NCBI GenBank assembly: GCA_963745075.1 | Contig: CAVUWV010000031.1 | Location: 256,001-320,000 of the forward strand | Direction: 5' to 3' | Length of the DNA stretch: 64,000 nucleotides | From: Candidatus Hydrogenedentota bacterium | Lineage (GTDB): Bacteria; Hydrogenedentota; Hydrogenedentia; Hydrogenedentales; SLHB01 | In this document: positions 54,401 to 64,000 of the stretch, one piece after another | Numbering within the stretch: position 1 is the stretch's first letter | How the letters are laid out: each line of letters opens with the position of its first letter | Notes under the pieces: generated by a model | Seen by the model: the letters and a program-made list of their open reading frames with translations, nothing else | Databases searched by the model: none | What the model was told of the DNA's origin: nothing | Position numbers and translations under genes: made by a program

Positions 54401-54613
54401 GCTGAGTTCCTGTTCGATGGGCGTCGCGAGCGATTCGGCCACGGTCTCGGCATCGGCGCCGGGATAGTGAGCGGAAATGCTGACCGTGGGCGGCGTAATC
54501 TCCGGAGACTGTTCAACCGGCAGGAAGTACATCGAGCCCAAACCGCACAGGGCGATGATGATGGAAACCACCGATGCGAAGACCGGCCGGTCGATGAAGA
54601 ATCGTGAGATCAT
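51467..54613 (-). CDS. RND efflux permease (HAE1, AcrB/MexF-like)
   Basis: FFIDRPVFA, GIVVDDAIVVVENVER, ALTLSPALC, GLAAKNAILIVEF, RLRPIVMTS. Confidence 0.97.
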   Translation of the reverse strand: MISRFFIDRPVFASVVSIIIALCGLGSMYFLPVEQSPEITPPTVSISAHYPGADAETVAESLATPIEQELSGIENLLYYESQSANDGGLTITCTFEIGSDLDIAAVEVQNRLKRAEPRLPQEVIRQGISVDKRSNNILGVVALNSDDPQYDDLYLSNYATIYMLDTLKRVPGVGDVSVFGAKDYSMRIWLNPDKLAAKNLTVTDVAAAVREQNGLYAAGRIGAAPSPEGVEFTIPVITRGRLDEPEQFEDIILRAEPDGSLLRIRDVGRVELGSLSYDAFGRLNGKPTTFILAFLQPDANALSTMVGLQNALEGLKTSFPEGVSYDIPFDTTKFIEVSIREVSKTFFEAVMLVVLVVFIFLGSWRATLIPMLAVPVAIVGTFTGMLALGFSINSLTLFGLVLAIGIVVDDAIVVVENVERIMHEEGLAVREATIKAMDQVTGPIIAIVLVLSAVYLPVAFLGGLTGVMYRQFAVTISISVAISGLIALTLSPALCRLLLKPQEKKLFVFRWFDRFFLAGTKAYTRTVRLAIKLGVVSILIFGILIWATFDLFERVPSAFIPQEDQGYFMVAVSLPQGASLERTSKVMAEVEKFLLQQPEIARVVTLGGQDFLAGRSASTSAGAMFINLKDWSERRTPDKNVNAIIGRVFGRFAGMKEATVIAFNPPAIRGLGLRAGFEMQLESRGISDERKLAQVTNDFLAKLRQDPMFVGVSGVLNVNQPQLYVDLDRTRAKAMGLPITDIFNSLQAYLGALYVNDFNKYGRIYRVQLQAESQFRDRPDDIRKIFVRNAAGDMVELSGVLDVKFQSGPNVVSRFNSFPSVQITGAPAEGDSTGQAIQRLRELADQVLPAGYGIDWSGASYQEVKAGNQAPYVIAFGLVVVFLVLAAQYEKWSLPFAVLLAVPFGVFGAVAAVYIRGIERDIYFQIGLLTLIGLAAKNAILIVEFCSVLREQGHGIVESAVEAARLRLRPIVMTSLAFILGVLPLVHSQGAGAAGRHSIGTGVMGGMLAATFLAVVFVPLFFVIIQALSEFRPWKKHHDTDPGATDHA

Positions 54614-54622
54614 GCCAGGGTC

Positions 54623-55798
54623 CTATCCGGCCGGTTCGGCTTTGGGTTGATCCGCGTCGGGTTTGTCCGTGAACGGTACGGGGTTCACGACAATTCCGGG
54701 CTGGACTTTGACCAACCCTTCGACGACGACTCGCTCACCCGCCGAAAGGCCGCTGTTGACGATCCAGTCCTGGGCGCTCCAGGATCCGGGTGTAATCGTG
54801 CGGAATTCTGCCTTGTTCTGGTCGTCCACGACGAACACATAGGATCCTTGCGGTGCCTGGCTGACCGCCCGTTGCGGCACGGTAATCGTCTTTGGCCGGA
54901 CGTAGCCCCGGATATGCACTTTGACGAACTGACCGGCCTTCAGACGGTTGTCCGGATTGGGAAAAGTCGCCCGCAATTCCACCGTGCCGGTCTGCAGGTC
55001 GATGTCTGCGGATTCGAAGTCGATGACGCCGCGTTCTCCATACACCGATCCGTCCAGCAACGCAATCTCCAGGTACGGCTGGTCGATTCCGTCTTCCAGC
55101 ACGAGTTCTCCCGTTTGCACTTGATGCTGGTACATGAGGAATTCGCGTTCGCTCACCTGAAAGCTGACGTAGATCGGATCGACCTGACGCATTACCGCCA
55201 GCAGGCTGTTCGCCCCTGCGTCGACAAGACTCCCAATATCTTTCTCGGCCTTTCCGATGAAGCCAGTCAGCGGGGCTTCAATCTTTGTGTAGCTGAGTTC
55301 GAGATCGGCTTTTGCCAGTTGCGCCTTGGAAAGGCTGAGCGACGCTTCCGCGTCCGTCTGCTCGGCCAGCGCTTTGTCCAAATCCGTCTCGGCAATGGCG
55401 CCGGGAACCGTCACGGACTGCAATCGTTGAACTTCCTGCTTCGCGAGGGCAAGCCGGCTTTCCGCCTGCCGGACCTGGGCAACGGCAATCTGTTGATCCG
55501 CCTGAAAGGAACGGGGATCGACGGTGAACAGAAGCGTGCCTTGATCGATGTACGCGCCTTCGTCAAAGTCGCGGGTCTGGAGAAACCCTTGAATGCGCGC
55601 GCGAACGTCCACGATCTTCGACGCTTCCGTTACGCCCACAAATTCATACGCGACAGGAACCGTGTGCGGTTCTACGGTAACCACGGCGACCTCCGGCGGC
55701 GGGGCTTGCCCCTTGGGCGGTCCTTGGGCGGAACTGACCGAAACGTTCGCGAGAACGACAATCGCTGCAAGTATCAGGATGAGTCGGTAGAGTTTCAT
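54623..55798 (-). CDS. RND membrane fusion (periplasmic adaptor) protein
   Basis: VDVRARIQG, LSYTKIEAPLTG, TGTVELRATFPNP, VPQRAV, GLSAGERVVVEG. Confidence 0.95.
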   Translation of the reverse strand: MKLYRLILILAAIVVLANVSVSSAQGPPKGQAPPPEVAVVTVEPHTVPVAYEFVGVTEASKIVDVRARIQGFLQTRDFDEGAYIDQGTLLFTVDPRSFQADQQIAVAQVRQAESRLALAKQEVQRLQSVTVPGAIAETDLDKALAEQTDAEASLSLSKAQLAKADLELSYTKIEAPLTGFIGKAEKDIGSLVDAGANSLLAVMRQVDPIYVSFQVSEREFLMYQHQVQTGELVLEDGIDQPYLEIALLDGSVYGERGVIDFESADIDLQTGTVELRATFPNPDNRLKAGQFVKVHIRGYVRPKTITVPQRAVSQAPQGSYVFVVDDQNKAEFRTITPGSWSAQDWIVNSGLSAGERVVVEGLVKVQPGIVVNPVPFTDKPDADQPKAEPAG

Positions 55799-55991
55799 CG
55801 TGTGCCATCCTACTTTCGTACCGGGTATTGGCTCAGAAACCACGTCCGTGAAGACGAGGACGTTGTGCGACATCAGCGTGGACAGCCACGACTCTCTCTT
55901 CCGCAGACCGGCGTGGCATGCTTGGTTTTCAGCGTTTCACGACACAAACGCATGCGTACTCGAGGGAATCGTGCGTCCAGTGCCGGCGGGT

Positions 55992-56549
55992 TCACCGTGT
56001 CTCACCTCCGGCGACCTCTTCGGCGAGTTCCAGCAATTCATCCACCAGTGCGTTCCTCTGGTGGGCTTCAAAAGGGGACGCCTGCAGCAGCTCCAGCAGA
56101 AATAGTCCATCGGCTGCCAGGAGTACCAGCGCCTTGCGCGCAAAGGAACCGCCGCCTCTCGCGTACGCCTCTATGCGTGTTCGATGTTGTTCGCGAATCG
56201 TCTTGATTAGCTTAGGCTCGTTCGCCACGGCGGCGAGAATGGCTGCACTTACCCGCCGGTCTGAGACGGGGTGCACCAAACGCGCGATAATTTCGGCTTT
56301 CAACGCGCGGGCTGGGCCCGGCGGTAACCCTTCCCGGGCTTCCACGCGTCGCTGCTCGCCGCGTTCGACGAGCCGCACGATCATCCCTTCGACGAGCGCG
56401 TCCTTGGTCGGAAAATGATACAGAAGTCCGCCCTTGCTTACGCCCGCCTTATCGGCAACCGCGTCGAGGGTCAGGTGGGAAGGACCGCCTTCAACGACAA
56501 CCGCCTCGGCGGAATCTAGGAGCAGATCTTTACAACTGGGACGAGCCAT
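55992..56549 (-). CDS. TetR/AcrR family regulator
   Basis: LTLDAVADKAGVSKGGLLYHFPTKDALV. Confidence 0.95.
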   Translation of the reverse strand: MARPSCKDLLLDSAEAVVVEGGPSHLTLDAVADKAGVSKGGLLYHFPTKDALVEGMIVRLVERGEQRRVEAREGLPPGPARALKAEIIARLVHPVSDRRVSAAILAAVANEPKLIKTIREQHRTRIEAYARGGGSFARKALVLLAADGLFLLELLQASPFEAHQRNALVDELLELAEEVAGGETR

Positions 56550-56570
56550 AGAAACATCTCGATTTTCTGA

Positions 56571-56621
56571 TTACTGTACCGTCCGGACGGTATAGTAACA
56601 TTGGAAAAACATTCCTGTCAA
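56571..56621 (-). promoter_or_regulatory. Sigma70 promoter overlapped by a palindromic TetR operator
   Basis: Minus strand TTGACA-18 nt-TACTAT with extended-10 TG. 28-bp palindrome TTACTGTACCGTCCGGACGGTATAGTAA (56571-56598, one mismatched pair). Confidence 0.8.
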
Positions 56622-56760
56622 TCTTATTAACTCATTGGAAATGCAGCGCCTACGCCGTAGGACTTATAGGACCTTCCGGTCCCGTGGGTGCCAAAGGCTC
56701 GCACCGAGACAGAATCGGCGCTTCGGCAAAGACATTGGGGAATCGATTGACGGAGGGACA

Positions 56761-57756
56761 CTACGCCGGATACCAGCCCTCCAGAAACTCGGCCAGGGTG
56801 CCGGGATACTCGGCCTCGGCGAGGAATTCCGTGCCGTGCTGATTGCCCCAGGAGTAGTTGATGATGAGTCGGCCTTTGTGTTCGCAGAAATCGATGTCCG
56901 AGTTGTTGATGTTCTTTGCACCCGCGATCTTGGCCTGTTGTTCGTTTGTCAGGTTTGAATTTGCGATTTGCTTGTCTTCATCAGACGCTTTCAGCACGGG
57001 ATTCAGCGGGCTTAATTCCCAGTCGATCAAGTCCTTTGACCGCACGACATACTGCTCGTAGCCACCATTCAACGCCTCCAAAAAGAAGTCGTAATAGTAC
57101 CCGTTGTGATGCCGTAACGCGTGAGGCGCGGTATAACGATCCTTGGAATAGGTACATTCCGGCGAGGTCAGTTCCCAGGTGCGCAGATCGCTCGATTGGG
57201 CAAACCGTGCGGTAAACCGCTTTCCCGCGATTTCCGGCGGTTTACCCACTTCGAACATGAGCATATAGCCGTCGTGAATACTGCAAAGCGACGTATTGAA
57301 GATGCCGTAGCTGGGCAGGTTCAACGCATTCCACGATTCCCAATGTTCCATGTCGTTGGACGCGAAGATGTCGATGCGCTCGCCGTCCCAGATGTCGGTA
57401 CCGACGGCGTAAATCGTGCCCCCCTCTACCATGGCGCAGCCGAGGTGATAGCCCTGGGCGAAAGGGGCGCTTGCTTCGCCGGTTTCGTGGTCGATGAAGT
57501 GAAAATAGGAGTCGCCGCTGTGGTTGTTCCAGTACCCGGGCCGTACGTATTCGAACCGGTACACCCGATCTTCGTACACCACGGGCGTGGTCTCCACCAA
57601 GTCCAGATCGAGAGTGCCCCGTTTGTGGATTTGGGGCTTCACTGCACCGGCAGATTCGGCCGCGCCGGCCCTGCTCAGCACGGTCAGACCCAACGCTACA
57701 CTTGTCGAGCCTCGGAGAAACGAGCGCCGTGTCATCAATTCGCTGAAATACGTCAT
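56761..57756 (-). CDS. Tat-exported beta-propeller, glycoside-hydrolase-like
   Basis: TRRSFL motif, ETTPVV, SNDMEHW / SSDLRTW / SKDLIDW repeats, NNSDID, YSWGNQHG. GGAGG RBS. Confidence 0.7.
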   Translation of the reverse strand: MTYFSELMTRRSFLRGSTSVALGLTVLSRAGAAESAGAVKPQIHKRGTLDLDLVETTPVVYEDRVYRFEYVRPGYWNNHSGDSYFHFIDHETGEASAPFAQGYHLGCAMVEGGTIYAVGTDIWDGERIDIFASNDMEHWESWNALNLPSYGIFNTSLCSIHDGYMLMFEVGKPPEIAGKRFTARFAQSSDLRTWELTSPECTYSKDRYTAPHALRHHNGYYYDFFLEALNGGYEQYVVRSKDLIDWELSPLNPVLKASDEDKQIANSNLTNEQQAKIAGAKNINNSDIDFCEHKGRLIINYSWGNQHGTEFLAEAEYPGTLAEFLEGWYPA

Positions 57757-57990
57757 CGTACCTTCCTCCATTCGGATTCGCGTCAACAATACGTGAATCC
57801 TTTACAAACCACCATATTGCCGCGATTCGGGTTCGGTGTCTTTGACAAATTTGTGGTACACTATACGTGGTGAACCGGGGGGTTCTCATTGAGCGGATCT
57901 CCGCTGCCTTGCCCTGTACCAGGGCCGGTGCCGCGGAAATTCTCGGGACGGACTTTCCACAAGACCGTCTAGCGTGAAGGGGGATACGCA

Positions 57991-59487
57991 ATGGAATACG
58001 GAGCGTCTGCGGGGAGGCGTTTGAGTGTTCGAAACACGATTTTGTTCGCAGTAATCGGCACGCTGGTGATCGTCTTTGGCGCAGCCGCACTACGGATCAA
58101 CCTACGAACGCGATCGATGAACCTTGCGCAGACGGAGGATTCCGCTGCGCTTCTCGCCGGCACGGTGGCGGATGCCGTGTCCGCGTACGGCCAGTCCGGC
58201 GACATGGTGGGTCTGGAGCAGTTTCTGCAAGGGATGCGCGAGCGTGCGGGGTTCAGCGAACTACGCGTGGTACGCGCGCCAACGACGGTTGCCGACTTCG
58301 GAGAACGCGAAAACTCCGACAAACCGGACCCGCTCGAAGCGAAGGCGATCGAGTCGGGCCTCGCAGCCGACATCCCCAACGACGAGAATCACACCGTGCG
58401 GTACGTCATTCCCTCCGTCGCCCGCGAGTTGTGCATGAATTGTCACGCAGCCGCGAAGGAAGGCGACGTGCTTGGCGTGTGCAGTGTGACGGTCAGCACG
58501 GCCAAGAGCGCGGCCACGATCAGAAGTTTGAACTGGGAAATCTCGCTGATATTTCTTTTCGCACTCTTGCTGGAGAGTGCTCTCATCGCGTATCTCGTAA
58601 ATCGTTCCGCAATTCGCCCGCTCAGGAACATCGCTGCGCAACTCCGCGATGACGCCGCGAATGTGCTCGGCGCATCATCGGATATTTTGCAGGCATCGCA
58701 GAACATCGCCGAGGCATCCAGCTCGCAGGCGGCGAGCCTCGAAGAATCCTCGGCCTCGCTGGAGGAAATGGCCGCGCAAATCACGGAAGGCGCATCCAAC
58801 GCCGCCGAAGCCGACGCGGCTGCCCGGCAAGCGTCCGAAGCCGCGGAAAAAGGGCGCGAGACGATGGACCGGATGTCCACTGCGATCGGCCGCATCAAGT
58901 CCACGTCCGACGAGACGGTAAAAATCGTTAAGACGATCGACGAAATCGCCTTCCAAACCAACTTGCTTGCGCTCAATGCCGCGGTTGAGGCGGCCCGCGC
59001 GGGCGAGGCAGGCAAAGGGTTCGCCGTCGTTGCGGAGGAGGTCCGGAATCTTGCGCACCGCAGTGCGACTGCCGCCAGGGAATCCGGAACGCTGCTCACC
59101 GAATCCCAGGAAACGGCCGAGACGGGCGTGGCCGTTACGAAGGAGATGGCCGGCATCCTTGCCCAGATCGCGGAATCCGTCCAGCGGATTACCACGCTGA
59201 TTTCCGTTGTTTCTACGGCGTCGCGCGAACAGTCGGGCGGGATCCAACAGATTACGCTCGCTGTCGAACAAATGAACCAGGCCATGCAGCAGGGAGCCCA
59301 TAATTCGGAAAGCGCGGCCCAAGCCAGCGGCACTTTGACGGAGCAGGCGGCCGGTCTCGATGAGCTGGTCAACCAGCTTACGGGCCTGATTCAGGGAACC
59401 CGAAAGTTCACCAATCACTTCCCCTCTGAGGAGCCATTGGACGCGTCGGGGAGCGAACCGCAACACCCTTTGCTTCCAGGTAGTTAG
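57991..59487 (+). CDS. Methyl-accepting chemotaxis protein with periplasmic c-type haem motif
   Basis: TM-sensor-TM layout, CMNCH at 58432-58446, [37 protein letters not shown]. Confidence 0.95.
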   Translation: MEYGASAGRRLSVRNTILFAVIGTLVIVFGAAALRINLRTRSMNLAQTEDSAALLAGTVADAVSAYGQSGDMVGLEQFLQGMRERAGFSELRVVRAPTTVADFGERENSDKPDPLEAKAIESGLAADIPNDENHTVRYVIPSVARELCMNCHAAAKEGDVLGVCSVTVSTAKSAATIRSLNWEISLIFLFALLLESALIAYLVNRSAIRPLRNIAAQLRDDAANVLGASSDILQASQNIAEASSSQAASLEESSASLEEMAAQITEGASNAAEADAAARQASEAAEKGRETMDRMSTAIGRIKSTSDETVKIVKTIDEIAFQTNLLALNAAVEAARAGEAGKGFAVVAEEVRNLAHRSATAARESGTLLTESQETAETGVAVTKEMAGILAQIAESVQRITTLISVVSTASREQSGGIQQITLAVEQMNQAMQQGAHNSESAAQASGTLTEQAAGLDELVNQLTGLIQGTRKFTNHFPSEEPLDASGSEPQHPLLPGS

Positions 59488-59533
59488 ACCATTCGAGTGC
59501 GGCATGCCCAGAGCGGGTGTCAACCCTGCGCAT

Positions 59534-59597
59534 TACTAATTCGTTAGTAGCAATTGACAAGAAGGCCCGATTGTTTTATGCTACTAATAAATTAGTA
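59534..59597 (+). promoter_or_regulatory. Sigma70 promoter flanked by two BlaI-type operators
   Basis: TTGACA (59554-59559), 17 nt, TATGCT. Palindromes TACTAA-N4-TTAGTA at 59534-59549 and 59582-59597. Confidence 0.85.
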
Positions 59598-59642
59598 AGT
59601 TTCTAGGCGCTCGACCGCGCAGGTCTATGGGGAGGTGCACTC

Positions 59643-60032
59643 ATGCCGCGACCCGCTTCACGTTATCCCACCGATTTGGAACTGGAAATCCTCAAGGTCC
59701 TGTGGCAACGCGGTCCTTCCACGGTGCGGCAAGTTCGCGACGCGCTCGCGGAGGAACGGGACCTCGCGTACACCTCGGTCATGACGGTCATGTCTATCAT
59801 GGCCGAAAAGGGCTACGTCCGCCGGCGCAAGGCGAAGGGAAGCTATGTGTACCGGCCCGTGCTCGAACAGCAGTCGGCCGCGCGGGCGATGCTGTCGGAC
59901 GTCGTCAACCGCGTCTTTGACGGGTCGGCGGCGGCGGCGGCGGTGCACCTGCTGGAATCGGCGCAGATTGACGAATCCGAATTGCAGGAACTTCAGCGAT
60001 TGCTGGAGCGCAAGGGGGAGGCCAACTCATGA
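59643..60032 (+). CDS. BlaI/MecI/CopY family repressor
   Basis: PTDLELEILKVLW, TVRQV, LAYTSVMTVM..M..KGYV, VFDGS. GGAGG RBS. Confidence 0.95.
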   Translation: MPRPASRYPTDLELEILKVLWQRGPSTVRQVRDALAEERDLAYTSVMTVMSIMAEKGYVRRRKAKGSYVYRPVLEQQSAARAMLSDVVNRVFDGSAAAAAVHLLESAQIDESELQELQRLLERKGEANS

Positions 60033-63000
60033 ATGCCATCTTTCAATTCGACCCCGAGTTCAGTGCGCGTTTTGTGCTGACGCTCGCGCATTTTCTCTGG
60101 CAAGGTGCGGTTATCGGACTCGCCGTGCTGCTACTGGGTCTCGTCTTGCGGCGGGCTTCATCGCGAGTGCGGTACGCAATCTTGGTGATGGCGCTATTTA
60201 CTATGGCGCTGTGCCCGCTGGTGACGTATTCCGTAATTGAGCCGGGGACTTTCGTGAGTGAACTTGCGTCGGCATCCGCCGCTCAATCCTTTGACTTCGG
60301 CGAGCCGGATACTGCAAATCAGGCGCTGCAGCCGGATGAGACGTATGGGACCTATGAGACATATGGGACGGATCCGGCCGATCGGACCGATCCGTCCGAT
60401 TCTTGGCCGTTGCCGAACGCAGAAAGGCCCACGCAAAAAGCCACCACGATAGCCGCGCCCCAGACCCTCCCGGATTGGCGCGTCTACACCCCCTACTTGA
60501 CCCTCGCCTACATCGTGGGCGTCTTGCTCATGCTCGCACGCCTGACCTTGGGCTTGGCGGGCGGTGGACGGCTGCGTAAGCGGGCCGAACGAATCACGGA
60601 CAGCGCAATTCTGGAAGCGGTGCGGCGGCATGCGGAGCAGTTGCGGCTTCACGCGGTCCCGGTGGTCGCGTATTGCCAACGTGTCGCCGTGCCGACGGTG
60701 GTCGGCATCGTCCGCCCTATGATCCTTTTGCCCACGTCGCTGGCAACGGGGATGCCGCCGCAACAGGTCGAGCTGTTGCTGCTCCACGAACTCGCGCACA
60801 TCCGGCGCTACGATCATGTGTTAAACATCCTGCAACGGCTCATCGAGGCCGCGCTGTTCTTCCATCCCGCCGTGTGGTACGTGTCGCACCGCATCCGCGT
60901 GGAGCGCGAACACTGCTGCGACGACCTCGTGATTGCGCTGGGCGGCGAGCGCCGTGCCTACGCGGAATCCCTGGTGGCCGCCGCAGCCCTGGCTTCGGGC
61001 GACATCGCTGTCCCCCGCCGCGCTCGCGGCCACGGGGAAGCCGTCGCAACTGCGCCGCCGCATCCACCGGCTCCTGGGCGAACCTTCGCCGCCCGTCCGT
61101 CTTGTGCGCGGCGGCTGGGTGTTGACTGCGCTGGTCGCGATAGCCCTTATCGCGGGGGCCACGCAATTCGTGTCGCCGACGCCTCCTTCAGAGACCGCAA
61201 CTACGGAAGTTGCGTCGTCGCTGACCGTCGAGCCGATCTCTACTGCGGAAGAACCGGTACCCGAGTCGAACGTTCAAGTGGCGGATACGGCGGACTCGCA
61301 AGATCAAGCGGTCACGACTTCTGAAGACGCATCCGCTGATACCCAGGCTGAAGCTGCTGCCGATTGTGCCGGACGTTTCAGATCTCTCTCCTGAAGATAG
61401 GCAACGGAAGCTCGACGAACTCGGAGCACAACTGACACGACCCGGATTGGTGGTTGCGCAAAGTAGCCGTTCAACAAATCGGAGACTTTCCCCATGGGAT
61501 CAGGACGCCATCGTCAATCTGCTCATCGCGAGGTTGAACGACAAGGATCCCCGCGTCCAGGCCGCTGCCGCCGACGCCCTCGCCAAACAAGGCGACCCGA
61601 AATCCATCAAACACCTCGTCGCGGCGCTGAAAAACGAGTCCGAGGTCCGTGAAGCCGCCGCCGAAGCGCTCACCACTTCAAACCGGAGGAGGTCATGCCG
61701 CTGCTGACGCTGGCGGCGCAGTGATGAAGATGAGTCGGTATGTCAAGGCGCGATCGTCGGTCTCGGGAAGCAGAACACGCCGCAGGCCGCAACAGTGCTG
61801 GAGGAACTGATCCCAAGATCCTACGGAGAGTCGCCCGTGCGCCAGACGCCAACACTACGTCAAATCCGCACTAACACGACTCTTGTGCCCGCACCGATGA
61901 GGCTCGGCCGGATCGGGGCGGAGTTGGCGAATGCTTTTGGGAGCATGAATCCCGACATCGCCCGCGCCGCGATCGAGCGCGCCTGCGCCTCCGGAGACTG
62001 GAAGACACAAACACAGGCCGCCCTCGTTATCGGTCAATCCGGACTTGAGAGCGATGCGGACGTCCAGCAATTCCTGATGACACTCCTGCAAAACGACCAA
62101 AAGGATGTCCGCGCCGCCGCCGCGCAGGTGCTCGAAACCGTAGTGGAATCAAAGACAAAGGAAGGTGAGCGCCCGGATACGAGAATCCTGGACTCTTTCG
62201 TACCGCTACTGCGCGATTCAAACCGTGAAATCGCGGCGCTCGCGGCTGACGCGCTAAGCAAAGGCGGATGGCAACCGCCAACAAGCGAGGAGAAGGCGTG
62301 GTTTCTCGTCGCTGCGGGAAAAGGCGATGAAGCTGCGACGTTCGGGCCGGTCGCGTTCGAGCCGCTGGTCCACGCCCTCAATGCGGACGCAACGCCGGCT
62401 TTCACCAGCCGCGGTAACGAAGCGAAAGCACCCGAGGATATCATTCAATCGCTGGCTAAATTGGACGATCCACGGAAGATTGACCCACTGGTTGCGGCGT
62501 TAGATCGCCACGATCCCAGGACCATCGAGAACCTGACGTACTGGCTCGGTGACATCGGAAATCCGAAAGCCGTCGAACCGCTTATCAGCCTGCTGGGCGA
62601 CCTCAACGCGGATACGCGGTACCAAGCCGTAGAGGCTTTGGGCAAGCTGAAAGACCCGCGCGCCGTCGAGCCCCTCATACAATTGTTGAGCGATCCTGTG
62701 CCAAATATACGGAATGAAGTTGTGAATGCCCTCGGTGAAATCGGTGATCCTCGCGCCGCCGAGGCTCTCCGACCCTTCTTGGACAGCGAAGATAACAGTC
62801 TCAACACAACTGCAGTAGTCGTTGCGCTGGGAAAGCTACACGACGCCGAAAGTGCACCGAAGATCGCCGCGATATACCGCGACATAAATCCTACGCTGGA
62901 TAAACCAAGCTCCTACGCCGAGGCTCTTGTTTCGATTGGCGGTCCCGTGGTTGAAGACACGTTCATTGACATGCTTTCCCATGACGTCAACATCGTGAAG

Positions 63001-64000
63001 CGTGTGCAGGCGGCGGAGGCGTTGGGTCGGTTGGGTAGCGCGAAGGCAATTCAACCGCTCCAGGACGCGCTACTCTTCGATACGGAAGGCAGCGTGAAAT
63101 TTGCTTCTTGTAAGGCCCTGGGGCAAATCGGTGGTGAGGAAGCCGCCCGCGTGTTGAGCGATGTCGTGAATGGCCAGAGTCAAACGTACCTCAATCACGT
63201 CTCCGACATTGCAGCGGCATTGAGCAACATCGACAATGCGATTTCGTCGGATGCACTGGCGCAGATCTTCAAGGATTTCGCCAACATACTCGGCGGTGGT
63301 TTCAGCCAGGTACAGTTTCTCGCGGCAAAAACTCTGGCTGAACGTGGCGACCCGCGTGGTAAGCCGATGCTCGAGGAACTCCGCGGAATCCCGGAATCCC
63401 GCATCGACGCTACCAACGCGTTGCAGGAGTTGGAGCGGCAAGCCAATCCGGGACCCGAAGGCGGGGTCTCAAACACCGCCGATCGGTCGGCGGCCCCCGC
63501 GCAGAAAACCTCCCAACTCGCCGGCCCGCGCCTCCAACTCCGCTGGGTAGTCAGAGGCGACGACGCCAAGGGCAAGACCGTCCTCCCCGCGCCGACGGAA
63601 TCCGACCCGAACCGGACGCTCGCGGTCGGCGATGACATCGTTCTATCCGAAGCGGACATGGCGAAGGCGACGGTGAAGCAGGAGGAACAGGGGACCTACA
63701 GCATCGTGCTTCAGACCACGGATGAAGGCGCGGCAAAACTGGAAGCCGCCACGAAGGAATACATCGGTAAAACCTTGGCCATTGTTTTCGACGGGCAAGT
63801 CATCCTCGCCCCCAAGGTGCAAAGCAGCATCGGGAAATCGGTTTCCATCACGGGCCAATTCACCCGGGAGCAGGCGGAGGCAATTGCCCGCGCGATTCAC
63901 CCGAGCGATTCAGGTGAAGCACAACAAAGCGCCCGTCTCTACGGCCCGAGACTCCAGCTCCGCTGGGTCGTCGAAGGCGACGATGCCAAGGGGAAGTTGA
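60029..64000 (+). CDS. BlaR1-like M56 peptidase fused to HEAT/PBS-lyase repeats and tandem SecDF P1-head-like domains (several frameshifts in 61000-61900; 3' end runs off the window)
   Basis: HFLWQG, HELAHIRRYD, FFHPAVW, EREHCCD. Frame +1 is open from about 61710 to 64000 with AVEPLI.LL.D...R..AVEALG repeats and LAIVFDGQVILAPKVQSSI..ITG.F. Confidence 0.8.
60335..60400 (+). repeat. In-frame 9-bp tandem repeats
   Basis: gatgagacg tatgggacc tatgagaca tatgggacg gatccggcc gatcggacc gatccgtcc gat. Confidence 0.7.

Noticed and set aside
54647..56206. 519-aa plus-strand ORF
   Set aside because: Antisense to the MFP and TetR genes.
57842..57862. TTGACA and TACACT upstream of the MCP
   Set aside because: The 9-nt spacing is incompatible with a single sigma70 promoter.

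Overview
GC-rich bacterial chromosomal window with ~40 genes. The gene content is suggestive of a PVC-adjacent lineage such as Ca. Hydrogenedentes (inference only). At least 11 genes carry single-base frameshifts, several at homopolymers, most likely long-read consensus errors. Left to right: a MoxR/DUF58/vWA chaperone locus; NDP-sugar epimerase; FG-GAP protein; metallophosphoesterases; a Cys-repeat fasciclin; an ECF sigma/anti-sigma/Spy-like operon; cysS; ftsY; FkbM methyltransferase; an unusually large exosortase H-like protein with its partner membrane protein; nadB; GNAT; SAM methyltransferase; a Ser/Thr kinase-PD40 protein; a degenerate GGDEF protein; a ~1950-aa surface protein (12 NHL repeats, two C13-like modules, Ig-like stalk, C-terminal sorting-like tail); a nucleotide pyrophosphatase; a GH38/SIS/sugar-kinase operon; a TetR-controlled RND pump; a haem-c MCP; and a BlaI-BlaR(M56)-HEAT-SecD-head system running off the right end. 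Best candidate for an undescribed system: a variant exosortase H with two helical insertions, its partner protein, and a candidate substrate with an IPGLPIAPW tail. Several REP-like inverted repeats and short tandem repeats are present. No rRNA, tRNA, CRISPR or transposase was recognised.
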